IMG/VR virus record: IMGVR_UViG_3300029305_005484
Origin: a virus
Lineage: Duplodnaviria; Caudoviricetes
Length of the DNA stretch: 64,000 nucleotides
Direction: 5' to 3' (one strand)
In this document: one piece after another, positions 8,883-19,299 of the stretch
Layout: each line of letters begins with the position of its first letter
How positions within the stretch are numbered: the first letter of the stretch is position 1
The notes under the pieces: generated by a model
What the model saw: only the letters and a program-made list of their open reading frames with translations
Told to the model about the DNA's origin: nothing
The model's database searches: none
Position numbers and translations under genes: made by a program

Positions 8883-9680
8883 ATGGCAACTAAAATGCGA
8901 AATAGAAGAAAAATACATTGCCAGTTTTGTGATACATATTTTTTAGATCCAGATGGATATGCTAAACACTTAGAAACAAAACATAAGGATTTTTTACCTG
9001 AAGGATTTTCAGGATGGAGATATTATTACTATCAAAAGACTGGTAAATTAAATGGAAAATGTGTCATTTGTGGACATGAAACTGAGTGGAATGAAACTAC
9101 TCATAAATATAATAGATTTTGTAACAATCCAAAATGTAAATGTAAATACAGAGAAGAATTCAAAAAAAGAATGATTGGAAAGTATGGTAAGGTTACATTA
9201 TTAAATGACCCAGAACAACAAAAGAAAATGCTTGCTAACAGAAGAATATCTGGAGAGCATATATGGAGTACAAATCCTAAAATTAAAATTCCATATACTG
9301 GAAGTTATGAAAGAGAATTCTTAGAATTTCTTGATTTGGATTTAAATTTCGACCCAGAAGATATTATTGCTCCATCACCTCATACATACTATTATGAATA
9401 CGAAGGTGCAAAACATTTTTATATTCCAGATTTCTTTATTCCATCTTTAGGTTTAGAAATAGAGATTAAAGATGGTGGTTCTAATCCTAATACGCATCAT
9501 AAAATTCAAGATGTTGATAAGGTCAAAGAACGATTAAAAGATGCAGTTATGAAATCAAATAAAAGTACATTTAGTTACTTAAAGATTGAAGATAAAAATC
9601 ATTTCAAATTTTTTCAATTTCTTTCTGTAGCTAAACAAAAATTTCAAAATGGTGAAGATACTAAAATCTTTATGCCATAG
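8883..9680 (+). CDS. Zn-finger plus PD-(D/E)XK (TnsA-like/head-completion-like) nuclease
   Basis: CxxC..HxxxxH, CxxC..CxxxxC, and YIPDFFIPSLGLEIEIK catalytic motif. Confidence 0.75.
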   Translation: MATKMRNRRKIHCQFCDTYFLDPDGYAKHLETKHKDFLPEGFSGWRYYYYQKTGKLNGKCVICGHETEWNETTHKYNRFCNNPKCKCKYREEFKKRMIGKYGKVTLLNDPEQQKKMLANRRISGEHIWSTNPKIKIPYTGSYEREFLEFLDLDLNFDPEDIIAPSPHTYYYEYEGAKHFYIPDFFIPSLGLEIEIKDGGSNPNTHHKIQDVDKVKERLKDAVMKSNKSTFSYLKIEDKNHFKFFQFLSVAKQKFQNGEDTKIFMP

Positions 9681-9692
9681 AAAGGAATAATA

Positions 9693-11009
9693 ATGGATCA
9701 AAGTATTTATACTGATTTAGTTAAAAAGATTAATTCATGTAATATAAATGATGAATCTAGAGCTAGATTACTTGGAAAATATTATGAATTATATGATACT
9801 CCAATTAGACATGCAATGTCTGTTGGATTATATGCTGATGGTCCTCAAGATGAATCAACACATCAAAAACTTAGAAATTTTTATGGAATTATTCCTAAGT
9901 TTAATGAAGCATATGAACTTGATACTAAGAAGACTATTCAGTACAAATGGTTTACAAATAGAGTTCTTAGATATGTTGATGGTGCTGTTGCTATAACACA
10001 TCCTCAATATTTCATATATGAATTTAAGAACTTCTTAAATTTTTTAACAATAAAGTCTGTATCTGATATTATAGAGACTTATAAAAGATCTTGCATTTTC
10101 TTAAAAGGATATGTTAATTATATCAAAAATACTCAAACAAATATCACTATTAATGAAGTAGCAAGATTTTTAATAAATGATGTTATTTATGAAGTTTTTG
10201 CTGCATGTACAGCATTATATAAGATTTGGAAAACAGAAGAAGAATTTGTGGTATATGATGATTTATTCCTTTTATTAGAAGGACTTGGAAAATGTATGTC
10301 ACAAAAAACAGATCCTTTTGATACATCTAAATCTTTTGCTAGAAATTTGTGTAATTTCTATAAAAACTATGGAATTCCTATGGATTTTATTTATGGAAAT
10401 AAAACTGGTATGGATCCATATTTCTGGCTTTATTTAAATTCAGGAAATGACATTTTAACTAAAGTTAGAGGATTTACATTTATACTTGCTACATATGTAA
10501 GTGGTGATATGGATGAAGCTGATACTATTATTCATTCATATACAGAAAGTGTATCACTAGAAAACTCCAATGTTACAGGTGAGGCACATAGAAATATTGC
10601 AGTATTTGGGAATAATTCTTTAGTAAATGAATTATCATCAAATGGTTTAAATTCATTTAAAATGGATTTAGAAAGATTTGATAAGGAGTTTATAAAAAAA
10701 TATATAGATAAACCAGAAACTGTAAAAATTAATTTCTTAATAGATGAGCAATTTAAAATGTATTTACAGGCTGAACTTGAATGTAAGATTGCTGTGGTAA
10801 ATCTTACAAAAGAAGATGAAATGATTATGTTTACAATTCTTCAATATGAAAATGATAACTTTGTATTATTTACAGTATCTGATGACCCTAATACATTATA
10901 TGGTTTGACACTTATTGAAGATTCTTCAACAAGAGAACGTAAACTCATTACAATTGATAGGGATGAGGATTTTTCATTTGAACTTAATGTAAATATCGAT
11001 AATGAATAA
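9693..11009 (+). CDS. hypothetical protein (late, possible head protein)
   Basis: 438-aa ORF, AAGGA RBS. Confidence 0.7.
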   Translation: MDQSIYTDLVKKINSCNINDESRARLLGKYYELYDTPIRHAMSVGLYADGPQDESTHQKLRNFYGIIPKFNEAYELDTKKTIQYKWFTNRVLRYVDGAVAITHPQYFIYEFKNFLNFLTIKSVSDIIETYKRSCIFLKGYVNYIKNTQTNITINEVARFLINDVIYEVFAACTALYKIWKTEEEFVVYDDLFLLLEGLGKCMSQKTDPFDTSKSFARNLCNFYKNYGIPMDFIYGNKTGMDPYFWLYLNSGNDILTKVRGFTFILATYVSGDMDEADTIIHSYTESVSLENSNVTGEAHRNIAVFGNNSLVNELSSNGLNSFKMDLERFDKEFIKKYIDKPETVKINFLIDEQFKMYLQAELECKIAVVNLTKEDEMIMFTILQYENDNFVLFTVSDDPNTLYGLTLIEDSSTRERKLITIDRDEDFSFELNVNIDNE

Positions 11010-11046
11010 AAAAGAAAGAGAAGTTTAGACTTCTCTTTCTTTTTTA
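11009..11046. terminator. bidirectional terminator
   Basis: AAAGAAAGAGAAGT-TTAG-ACTTCTCTTTCTTT. Confidence 0.8.
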
Positions 11047-11756
11047 ACTGTCACATGAATTATATCATCAACATATTTTATATCATCAGAATTATGTTTA
11101 AATTCGATAAATTCGTCAAATAATGTATTTAATTGATTACATATAACTTCGCAAACTTTAAATGTATTTGTGCTTAAGTCTTTATTAATTGATATTGCAA
11201 TATCAGCGCTAGACAAAGTTTTACGTCTTTTGTCATTAGATATGATTATATCGAATTCATGTATATCATTAAATATATTAATATATAAACTATTAAGGAT
11301 ATACTCTATAATATAATCTATATTTATAGTTCTATTATTTTTATTTTTTGATGGAAATAATAAAAATGTATTTATTCTATCAACAAGTAGCAATATTTGT
11401 TCTGACATTAAGATAGGATTTATTTTTATAAGAATAGAATCTTTCGTTCTATGTAAAGTTGACATTTCTAATCCTAACTCAAATAAAGAACCGTATACAT
11501 TTTCTATAATATTTGTACCATCACCTTCTTCACAATTACATACATGATAATCTAAATCTAATCCAGATCTATTACTACCATATTCTGATAAGAATCGATT
11601 ACACAGGTTTTTATTTTCCCATATTGTTACTGATATTATAAGTGGTGAACTTATATTAACAATATTTTTTGTAACTGCACTCGATATATGTATAGCATGT
11701 TTATACACATTTCCATCAAACTCTCTGATAATTAAATTTTCACTCATTTTATACAT
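11025..11756 (-). CDS. hypothetical protein
   Basis: 243-aa ORF, AAGGAG RBS. Confidence 0.75.
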   Translation of the reverse strand: MYKMSENLIIREFDGNVYKHAIHISSAVTKNIVNISSPLIISVTIWENKNLCNRFLSEYGSNRSGLDLDYHVCNCEEGDGTNIIENVYGSLFELGLEMSTLHRTKDSILIKINPILMSEQILLLVDRINTFLLFPSKNKNNRTINIDYIIEYILNSLYINIFNDIHEFDIIISNDKRRKTLSSADIAISINKDLSTNTFKVCEVICNQLNTLFDEFIEFKHNSDDIKYVDDIIHVTVKKEREV

Positions 11757-12510
11757 ATCTCCTTAAATCAATTTTATAAGTTTGAGAATCTAATTTTTCT
11801 TTATCAATCTCAAAATCAAATAATCTATATCTATTACATATAGTTTCTACAGCTGTTGTAAGATTATTTTCACTTGTATATACATGTATAGATTTTATCA
11901 TTAGTCCAAATTCTGTATGATCTGCAATTACCTTAGAAGAATCTGATGTAATTATTAAATTGGTCTGAAGTATACCATTTGATAAGTTTTTAAATATTTT
12001 CTTATTTATTTTCTGAAATACGCACTTATCAAATGATTCAGTTTGATCTGGAAATGCTAATGACATTTCAGAAAGTGATAATACATCAATATTTATAAGA
12101 TCACTTACGTTTAAGTCTGTATTTATAGGTATTGCAATTGATGATACATTAATTTTATCAGTATCAATCTCTTTTAAACTCATAGTTGTTATATTTGCTG
12201 ATGATGTATATTCATCAATCTTTTTAGTTATGTAATCAGAAATAGATTTTTGTTTTTCACCATCTCTACTAAAACCAATGACAAATATAGTACCGAATGA
12301 ATTTGGTTTTATTGTATCAATAATGAGTTCTTTATAATAATCTTCATCATAATCACAAGTTCCCAATTCATCTTTCAAACATACTATGTATATTTTTGGG
12401 TTATGAGTAAATGTCATTCTTACAGCAGTTTTAACACTGTAGTATATACTTTCATTTAATCTTTTTTCATTTTCTAAATCATGTTTACATGTAATCATTT
12501 CAAAATTCAT
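11749..12510 (-). CDS. hypothetical protein
   Basis: 253-aa ORF, AAGGAG RBS. Confidence 0.75.
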   Translation of the reverse strand: MNFEMITCKHDLENEKRLNESIYYSVKTAVRMTFTHNPKIYIVCLKDELGTCDYDEDYYKELIIDTIKPNSFGTIFVIGFSRDGEKQKSISDYITKKIDEYTSSANITTMSLKEIDTDKINVSSIAIPINTDLNVSDLINIDVLSLSEMSLAFPDQTESFDKCVFQKINKKIFKNLSNGILQTNLIITSDSSKVIADHTEFGLMIKSIHVYTSENNLTTAVETICNRYRLFDFEIDKEKLDSQTYKIDLRRYV

Positions 12511-12525
12511 ATTCTCATTCTCCTT

Positions 12526-13275
12526 TTATTCAACCACAATTTGTTTTCCAAGATATAATATACAATCTCTACCATCGATAATCCAATTAAATCCACTTAA
12601 GAATCCTAATAATTCATATCGTTTTCTTATTATATTTAACATATTTCTGACATTATCTGTAGAGATATATAATGCATTATGATTCCTTTCATAACTTTTA
12701 GCATCTATAATAGTTCTATTAGTTATCAATATACTAATTTCAGTAACTCCATCAGAACTACCTTTTACTAAAACTTTATCAATAGCATTCCATAATTTAA
12801 AATGATTATCGAATTCTTTTACTCTAATTATTGGAAAAGAATCTTTAAATAATCTATGAACATCTAATAATTTACTTTCTTTTATAATTATTGAACGAAA
12901 TTGATATTTCTTCATAAGTGTAACTTTTTCAACATCAAAATCAATATCAATACTTAATATATCTTTATATTCAGTAAATTCTTTTACAAAGTCATTATAT
13001 ATAGATACAATACCATCAAAATAATCATAATAATTTGGAATTATTATGATTTGATCTCCTATATGTATCGGTAGTGATTTATAAAATTCTTCAGTAATAT
13101 CTTCTTTTTTCAATGGATTATCCTTATCAATCATAAGAAAGAAATCTATTTTTACACTCCTTTTCTTTTCAGATGCTAAATAAATTAATGATTTAAATGT
13201 ATCAAAAATATATTTAGTTGGCTCCATTCTTGTTTCGGATGTCATTACATCAATATTAAGTTCTCGTTGTCCCAT
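12526..13275 (-). CDS. hypothetical protein (early)
   Basis: 249-aa ORF, GAGGAG RBS, AATATATTAT at 13311-13320. Confidence 0.75.
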   Translation of the reverse strand: MGQRELNIDVMTSETRMEPTKYIFDTFKSLIYLASEKKRSVKIDFFLMIDKDNPLKKEDITEEFYKSLPIHIGDQIIIIPNYYDYFDGIVSIYNDFVKEFTEYKDILSIDIDFDVEKVTLMKKYQFRSIIIKESKLLDVHRLFKDSFPIIRVKEFDNHFKLWNAIDKVLVKGSSDGVTEISILITNRTIIDAKSYERNHNALYISTDNVRNMLNIIRKRYELLGFLSGFNWIIDGRDCILYLGKQIVVE

Positions 13276-13390
13276 TATTTAGGTCTCCTCTCATATTTAT
13301 TCTCGTAAAAATAATATATTTTTTAAATATAGAATTAGTTATAATTTAAGGACATTTCTTTAAAAGACTTAAGAAAGGTTGGTAAATATT

Positions 13391-14641
13391 ATGAAAAAGA
13401 AACCTTTGAGTCATCCTGTAAAATATGTACAAATGATGCCATCAAGTGCACATATGTATGGTAATGCTGTAGCATTTATTCAAAAATGGTTAATAGATCA
13501 ATTTCCTAAAAAAGATAATGGAGATACTATTTTTAAGACTATAAATGTAAGTTCTAAAATTGCACATAGACAACTTAGAAGAACTAATAATGATATCAGT
13601 AAAAATAATAAACCTGCATTAATGATTCGACCAAGGGTTGATTTTAATGATGAAAGATTTTTACAGGGGACTCCTATTACAGATAGATTATTATATAATT
13701 CATATAATTATGGACCAGATGCTCTTCAACCATTCTTTTTTGATGATAGAAATCAGATTGCTATAAAGTATCAATTAAATAGAACTGTAATGTATGTCGA
13801 TGTAGTTTTAGTATTTTCATCATTGATGCAACAACTTAACTATGCTACATATTTAAAGAATAAAATACCTATGAATAGTCCGTTTGATTTGGATACTTGT
13901 TTTGAAAGTTTCTTATCAGTAGAAATGATGAATACAATTTCAGAATTATCTGGTGTTCCTATTGATACTAATGGTTCAGTGAAACCATTTTTAAATTATA
14001 TGAATCAACATAGTAATACTCCTGTAACATATAAGTTACAAGGAAGTACAAATAGTAATGAATTTTATAGATATCATCCGGTAAAAATCATTACAACCAT
14101 TCCTCAAATTGACATTGATGATGGTGAAAGAAATGGTCAAATAAATGATAATTATCAGATTAATTTCACAATAAGAATGGAATTTTATACAAATGGAATT
14201 TATTTCTTATTCTCTGATAAGATATTCAAAATTAAAAGACAACCGTTACCAGATGATTCTAGTATAATACCAGTATTTACAGATGTACTTTTAAGAGAAG
14301 ACTGGAATTTACAGACTGGTTGGATGCAATATAATAGAGCAACATGTCGTTTGACAAAAGAATATGATGATATTGAATTCTCTAAATTATTATCTCCTGC
14401 TATTATAACAGCAATAAAACATTATATAGAACGAGGTTATCTATTAAATGAAATTATTGATATTCGTATTAGAAGGCAAGGAGAATTAATCAGTTATGGA
14501 ATTGATTATGATGTAGATTTTGAAAATCTTACAATAAGATTTAAGAATAAAGATTTTGGATATTTTACTTATACAATAATGATTTGTATAAATCCAGAAG
14601 CAATTAATGAATTGATAAAACGAGAATTTAATTTGAAGTAA
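13391..14641 (+). CDS. putative virion structural protein
   Basis: About 416-aa ORF behind late promoter GACATTTCTTTA (13351-13362). Confidence 0.55.
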   Translation: MKKKPLSHPVKYVQMMPSSAHMYGNAVAFIQKWLIDQFPKKDNGDTIFKTINVSSKIAHRQLRRTNNDISKNNKPALMIRPRVDFNDERFLQGTPITDRLLYNSYNYGPDALQPFFFDDRNQIAIKYQLNRTVMYVDVVLVFSSLMQQLNYATYLKNKIPMNSPFDLDTCFESFLSVEMMNTISELSGVPIDTNGSVKPFLNYMNQHSNTPVTYKLQGSTNSNEFYRYHPVKIITTIPQIDIDDGERNGQINDNYQINFTIRMEFYTNGIYFLFSDKIFKIKRQPLPDDSSIIPVFTDVLLREDWNLQTGWMQYNRATCRLTKEYDDIEFSKLLSPAIITAIKHYIERGYLLNEIIDIRIRRQGELISYGIDYDVDFENLTIRFKNKDFGYFTYTIMICINPEAINELIKREFNLK

Positions 14642-14754
14642 ACAAGTATGTAAGCGTATCTGAGTGAAATTAGATATAGCTGCGTTAAAATACCAAATTA
14701 TTTAAAGGCATGATATTAAATATCAAAGTTTCTTAATAATTGTGTTCAATTCTT

Positions 14755-14794
14755 AAAATAGAAGGAGTTATCTGCAGATAACTCCTTCTATTTT
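14755..14794. terminator. perfect 40-bp palindrome, bidirectional terminator
   Basis: AAAATAGAAGGAGTTATCTG|CAGATAACTCCTTCTATTTT. Confidence 0.85.
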
Positions 14795-14800
14795 TGTCCC

Positions 14801-14980
14801 AATGATATGATTAATATATATCGTTATACGCTTATGAAATTAACACGATTAAGAGGTTCGATATAATGTCACAAATATCGAAAAAGTCTCAATGGAATTC
14901 ATTCAAAACAAAAAACATCCTATCACTCGCATGCCGAATATAAAAAACGACATTAGTATTTTAAGTTTAACCATATCATT
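14801..14980 (-). ncRNA. candidate structured ncRNA of about 180 nt
   Basis: Late promoter 14991-14980; 5' AAUGAUAUGGUUAA pairs with 3' UUAAUCAUAUCAUU; internal UUCGAUAU/AUAUCGAA hairpin; ends at the palindrome. Confidence 0.5.
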
Positions 14981-15052
14981 AAATTTTTGTTATATTGATA
15001 TTTATTTTAAATCCCACAATAATGTAATTAATTTGTAAAGGAGATTTAAAAT

Positions 15053-16390
15053 ATGAAATCTGTTAACACTCAAATCGAAGAAGTAGACAGAATGCTGTCT
15101 ATGTATAGAGAAGTAGTTGTAGGCGAAAGAGAAAAATTCACAAAAAATCTAGAAAATATTGGAATGAGTATTGAATTTGCAGAATCTCTTCTTTTTAATG
15201 AAGAACCAGATATTATTAAAATATGGAATATTGATGATATTTCTAGGTTATTCAAATCATTCGAATGTAATTTTGATATTATAAAAGAAGAGTATTATCA
15301 TTCAAATGATAAAACTATTTCATTCCATGAATTTGCTATTGATATCCTTCTCAAAGTGAGAGAAAAGATGTCTAATATTATTGATGCTGAAGAAAATATC
15401 AAAGTTTTAGAAGATGAAAGACTTGATATTTCTCGTTCATTTACAGCAGCATTAAAATCACCAGAATATCGTGAAGCAAGAATCGCTCAAATTCAAAAAC
15501 TTAGAGATCATCTTGATGAAGAAGAAGATCCTAAAAAGAGAAAAGAATTGAGTGATAAACTTGACCAAATTGAAATTAGTCAGAATTTCACTTTCTTAAA
15601 TGAAAGATTACATTCTGTTGGTAAAAAAGAAGTTCAATCTATCATTTCTGGATTCTTTGAAATGACTAAAGGAACTTATACAATGAAACGATATTATACA
15701 AATTTAAAGAGAATGGAAATTTCTCCTGATATTCATAGAATGTTTTTCAGCCTCGAAGAAAAATTCTTACCAGAATCGTATCATGTATACAATGATTTAT
15801 TCTTATATCATGTTATCAGATGGATAAGCTATATGGATGTTGATGATGCTAAAGATTATCTTTATATGTCATCAATCATTGGCGCATTGAAAGACTTAGT
15901 AACTGGGGATGCTACTGATGAAGAGAAACAAACATTACTTGGAGTAATTAAAGATTTCTATTCATTTATTGACAATGAAGAAAAACATAAATATTTCGAA
16001 GAAAGAAATATATCTTACAAAAATCATCCAGAAAGAATTTTAGCTGAAAAACGTGCTGAACAACAAAGAAAACTTAAAATTGAGAATACTCTTAGAGCTG
16101 AACTTGGACAACTCTATGATAAAACATATGTTATTCCACCATCAGATTTCGAAAAAGAATTAGCAAAAATTCAAGAAGAAAAAGTTCATATGATTGAACA
16201 ACTTGAAAAACTCAATGTTGGTTTAAATGGAAGAAAGAGATATGAAGATATCTTCAATTTATATGAAAGAACTATGGCTGCAGAAGCTCTTAAAGAGGAA
16301 GATTCAGAAGAACTTAATGACTCTGATGAAGAAGAATTAACTGAAGAAGTTCCTGTTATACAAACTACAGATGAAAGTAATGGGGTGTAA
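15053..16390 (+). CDS. hypothetical coiled-coil protein
   Basis: 445 aa, AAGGAG RBS, CACA-N6-TA at 15015-15026. Confidence 0.8.
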   Translation: MKSVNTQIEEVDRMLSMYREVVVGEREKFTKNLENIGMSIEFAESLLFNEEPDIIKIWNIDDISRLFKSFECNFDIIKEEYYHSNDKTISFHEFAIDILLKVREKMSNIIDAEENIKVLEDERLDISRSFTAALKSPEYREARIAQIQKLRDHLDEEEDPKKRKELSDKLDQIEISQNFTFLNERLHSVGKKEVQSIISGFFEMTKGTYTMKRYYTNLKRMEISPDIHRMFFSLEEKFLPESYHVYNDLFLYHVIRWISYMDVDDAKDYLYMSSIIGALKDLVTGDATDEEKQTLLGVIKDFYSFIDNEEKHKYFEERNISYKNHPERILAEKRAEQQRKLKIENTLRAELGQLYDKTYVIPPSDFEKELAKIQEEKVHMIEQLEKLNVGLNGRKRYEDIFNLYERTMAAEALKEEDSEELNDSDEEELTEEVPVIQTTDESNGV

Positions 16391-16393
16391 TAT

Positions 16394-16492
16394 ATGTCAG
16401 AAACAAAACAATTAAATATTACAATGCAAATGTCAATTACTTCAGAAGAAACAACTGAAGAAATTGATAAAGAAATAGTTGAAGAGGAGTAA
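16394..16492 (+). CDS. small acidic protein (32 aa)
   Basis: MSETKQLNITMQMSITSEETTEEIDKEIVEEE*, GGGGTG RBS; not in the ORF track. Confidence 0.5.
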   Translation: MSETKQLNITMQMSITSEETTEEIDKEIVEEE

Positions 16493-16495
16493 TTT

Positions 16496-16645
16496 ATGGA
16501 TAATAAAGAATTACATGAAACTATTAAAATTGATGTGGATAATATTGAAAATAGAGTTAATGGAAAAGTTATGGAAGTTGATTTTGCAGATATTTTTCCA
16601 TCAGATTCAGGTATCTCATTTGAAGTTGTTAGTGAAGAAAAATAA
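16496..16645 (+). CDS. small acidic protein (49 aa)
   Basis: MDNKELHETIKIDVD...SEEK*, GAGGAG RBS; not in the ORF track. Confidence 0.6.
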   Translation: MDNKELHETIKIDVDNIENRVNGKVMEVDFADIFPSDSGISFEVVSEEK

Positions 16646-16648
16646 AAA

Positions 16649-16684
16649 AATAAGACTAGTAGAAATTCTACTAGTCTTATTTTA
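16649..16684. terminator. bidirectional terminator
   Basis: AATAAGACTAGTAGAA-A-TTCTACTAGTCTTATT. Confidence 0.8.
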
Positions 16685-17419
16685 TTTTGTATGTATATTA
16701 AAATCATATAAGATGTGTTCTGGTAAATTATCAAAATCAACATCTTTTCTAGTTCTAACAAATTTTGTTATTTCTACGTTATCATGTGTTCTAGTTGAAT
16801 ATACTTTATTTAAAAAGTTTCTATCAACTAATGTGATATAATCAAATCCAATATATGCTTCTGGTATTTCATGTATAAATTCAATATCAAACTCATCAAT
16901 TGTATTTTCATTAGGTTCTTGTCTTGTAATTCCTTCTTGAAACAGCCAGTTAGGTGTCTTGCGTTCATATGGATTTGTAACATGAACTAGTGAAACTAAA
17001 TTTTTAGCAATATTTACATATCGATACGCTTTTCCATTTTTACATGAAATTATAAAATTACCAGGAATTAATTTTATAAATTCTCTTTTATCTCCAGCTA
17101 ATACTGGATATATAGTTTTCTTTGGTAATCTATAGAATGCAGTTGCAACTGTAGGGAATTTTTCTTTATCATAAATATCTCCATTCCTATATATAATAGG
17201 TGTAATCTCTCCAGTTTTCATACAATTAGATTTCTTTACAAATATTAAATCCCCGTCTCGTGGGATAAGATTAACATCTGTACTATAAATATCAGAATCA
17301 CACTTGATTCCATATGATTCTTTTCCAACAGTCATTACAGTTCCTGTATAAGGAATAGAGTTCCATAAAAATAGAACTCTTGAATATATTGGAAAATTTT
17401 GTCTTATTGTAAATGACAT
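16682..17419 (-). CDS. hypothetical protein
   Basis: 245-aa ORF, AAGGAG RBS. Confidence 0.75.
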   Translation of the reverse strand: MSFTIRQNFPIYSRVLFLWNSIPYTGTVMTVGKESYGIKCDSDIYSTDVNLIPRDGDLIFVKKSNCMKTGEITPIIYRNGDIYDKEKFPTVATAFYRLPKKTIYPVLAGDKREFIKLIPGNFIISCKNGKAYRYVNIAKNLVSLVHVTNPYERKTPNWLFQEGITRQEPNENTIDEFDIEFIHEIPEAYIGFDYITLVDRNFLNKVYSTRTHDNVEITKFVRTRKDVDFDNLPEHILYDFNIHTK

Positions 17420-17430
17420 AATATCTCTCC

Positions 17431-18489
17431 TTATAATTTATACTCTTTCAGAATAATCTGATCTTTTGGATATCCACAATCTTTGTTCTTTATATTATAG
17501 AAGACTTTTATCGATTTATATATGTACTTGAAATTAGAAAAAATCTTTCTATAAAATTCAATATTAGTATCTTTCATTTTGTTTTTAGGATTAAACATTG
17601 CATCATTATCTGCAAATATATTAAGTTGTACATTAGAACCAAATAATCCTAAACCTATTAGAAATCTAACTATCGGTTCATAATATTTACCTGTGACTGC
17701 AATAGTTATAGTATTCTCTGTATTGTATCCTAAGTTATGATATACAGATACAGCATCTAATACACCCTCACATAAATTAATAGTGATTAGTCCTTCGGTA
17801 AATGGATTAATTTGTGAAGATAATGAATAAAATATTCTATTCTCCGATGATTTTCTGGTAATAGGATATTTAATCCATGAAATATTTGATTTTTCAGTTA
17901 TATCTCGAAATAGAATATGTGAGTTTCCATATGATAGAAATCCTACATAATTAAGTTCAAGCATTCTTGCTACAGTTGGACTACATGTCAATTCTTTTAT
18001 ATTATTCTCTGTTAAAAATTGATAAAACGATGTAACCATTTTCATGTTTTTACAATCTTCCTCTGTGAATCGTTTCCCTAAACGATTTTCAACATATTGA
18101 ACTTTTGGTCCATATATAGGATTTGGAAGTTTGAAATCGAAGTTTATAAATTTCTCACCCATAATCTGTTTTTTATCATACTTATCACAAGTACTATTTA
18201 ATGTATCAATTCCAGATAATGTGTTTATATCATAAATTTCAAGACGTTCACAAACATCCTTTGTTACAACTCCATTAGCTGGACACTTGAAACAGTTGTA
18301 AACTATTGGACTATTATCTTCTTTATTCACCTTAATATATAAATGACCATGTGATGGGTCAGAACTATCTCCACAAAAACAACATCTTGTCACATACTGA
18401 ATGTCACTAACTTTTCGATACCATATATTTGGTCTAGATGTGAGTTTTGAAATAAATTCTTCTTTTATTTGTCTATTGTCCATAATCAT
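17431..18489 (-). CDS. DNA primase (T4 gp61/DnaG-type)
   Basis: N-terminal Zn finger RCCFCGDS..H..YNCFKC; TOPRIM motifs EGVLDA and ADND. Confidence 0.88.
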   Translation of the reverse strand: MIMDNRQIKEEFISKLTSRPNIWYRKVSDIQYVTRCCFCGDSSDPSHGHLYIKVNKEDNSPIVYNCFKCPANGVVTKDVCERLEIYDINTLSGIDTLNSTCDKYDKKQIMGEKFINFDFKLPNPIYGPKVQYVENRLGKRFTEEDCKNMKMVTSFYQFLTENNIKELTCSPTVARMLELNYVGFLSYGNSHILFRDITEKSNISWIKYPITRKSSENRIFYSLSSQINPFTEGLITINLCEGVLDAVSVYHNLGYNTENTITIAVTGKYYEPIVRFLIGLGLFGSNVQLNIFADNDAMFNPKNKMKDTNIEFYRKIFSNFKYIYKSIKVFYNIKNKDCGYPKDQIILKEYKL

Positions 18490-18541
18490 TCTCTCTTTAT
18501 TGTAATATTAAAAAATTGTCTTTTCTATCTTACAAAAAGAA

Positions 18542-18575
18542 TTAGAGTACAGAGATGTTTCTCTGTACTCTAAAA
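18542..18575 (-). terminator. intrinsic terminator
   Basis: TTAGAGTACAGAGA...TCTCTGTACTCTAA. Confidence 0.75.
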
Positions 18576-18576
18576 A

Positions 18577-19293
18577 TTAACCTTTTAAATATTTGTATGC
18601 TTCGTCAGGACCAACTACGCCTAAAATATTTCCAATCATGTCATACGCCACATATGAATTTTCGATATAATATGGATTTCTTTTTTCTGGAGGTAAATAA
18701 TCCATAACGCCTTCTCGAACATTTTCAAACATGATTGATTCATACGGATGGTAATATCTAAAAGTACCATCAGGTTTAGGTTTTCTCGCAACTATCCCGA
18801 CATTGTAAAATCCTTCCCATATTTTATTATGCCATATAGGATTTTTTAATGCTTTATCTGTTACATAACCATATTCTTTTAACACATTTAATGCGTTATA
18901 ATGTTTTTGACTAATCTCCATTGAATAATGAAGATTCCAATGGTCTATGTAAATAACACCAGCCAATTCAACATATATATCTCTCCAGTTAGAATCTCTT
19001 AGGAGACTAACTTGATATATATTGTAATCTTTTTTCTGGAATGCATCATAAAATGGTTTATCCATTAATTTAATAGCTAATTCTCCGACATTAAATGCAC
19101 TTGGATAATCATAAACCACTCTTATTTCATCATTTTTATTACCCATATACATATAGAATCCTGAAACATATGATTGATCGACTCTAAATGGATAATTGTA
19201 TTTTCTAGCAATCGATAACCATTCACTTAATGGCATCGATTTATATGCTATTTCATATAAGAAGTTTGAAATATTACTGTACATTACACACAC
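18577..19293 (-). CDS. hypothetical protein
   Basis: 238-aa ORF. Confidence 0.7.
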   Translation of the reverse strand: MCVMYSNISNFLYEIAYKSMPLSEWLSIARKYNYPFRVDQSYVSGFYMYMGNKNDEIRVVYDYPSAFNVGELAIKLMDKPFYDAFQKKDYNIYQVSLLRDSNWRDIYVELAGVIYIDHWNLHYSMEISQKHYNALNVLKEYGYVTDKALKNPIWHNKIWEGFYNVGIVARKPKPDGTFRYYHPYESIMFENVREGVMDYLPPEKRNPYYIENSYVAYDMIGNILGVVGPDEAYKYLKG

Positions 19294-19299
19294 TTCCTA

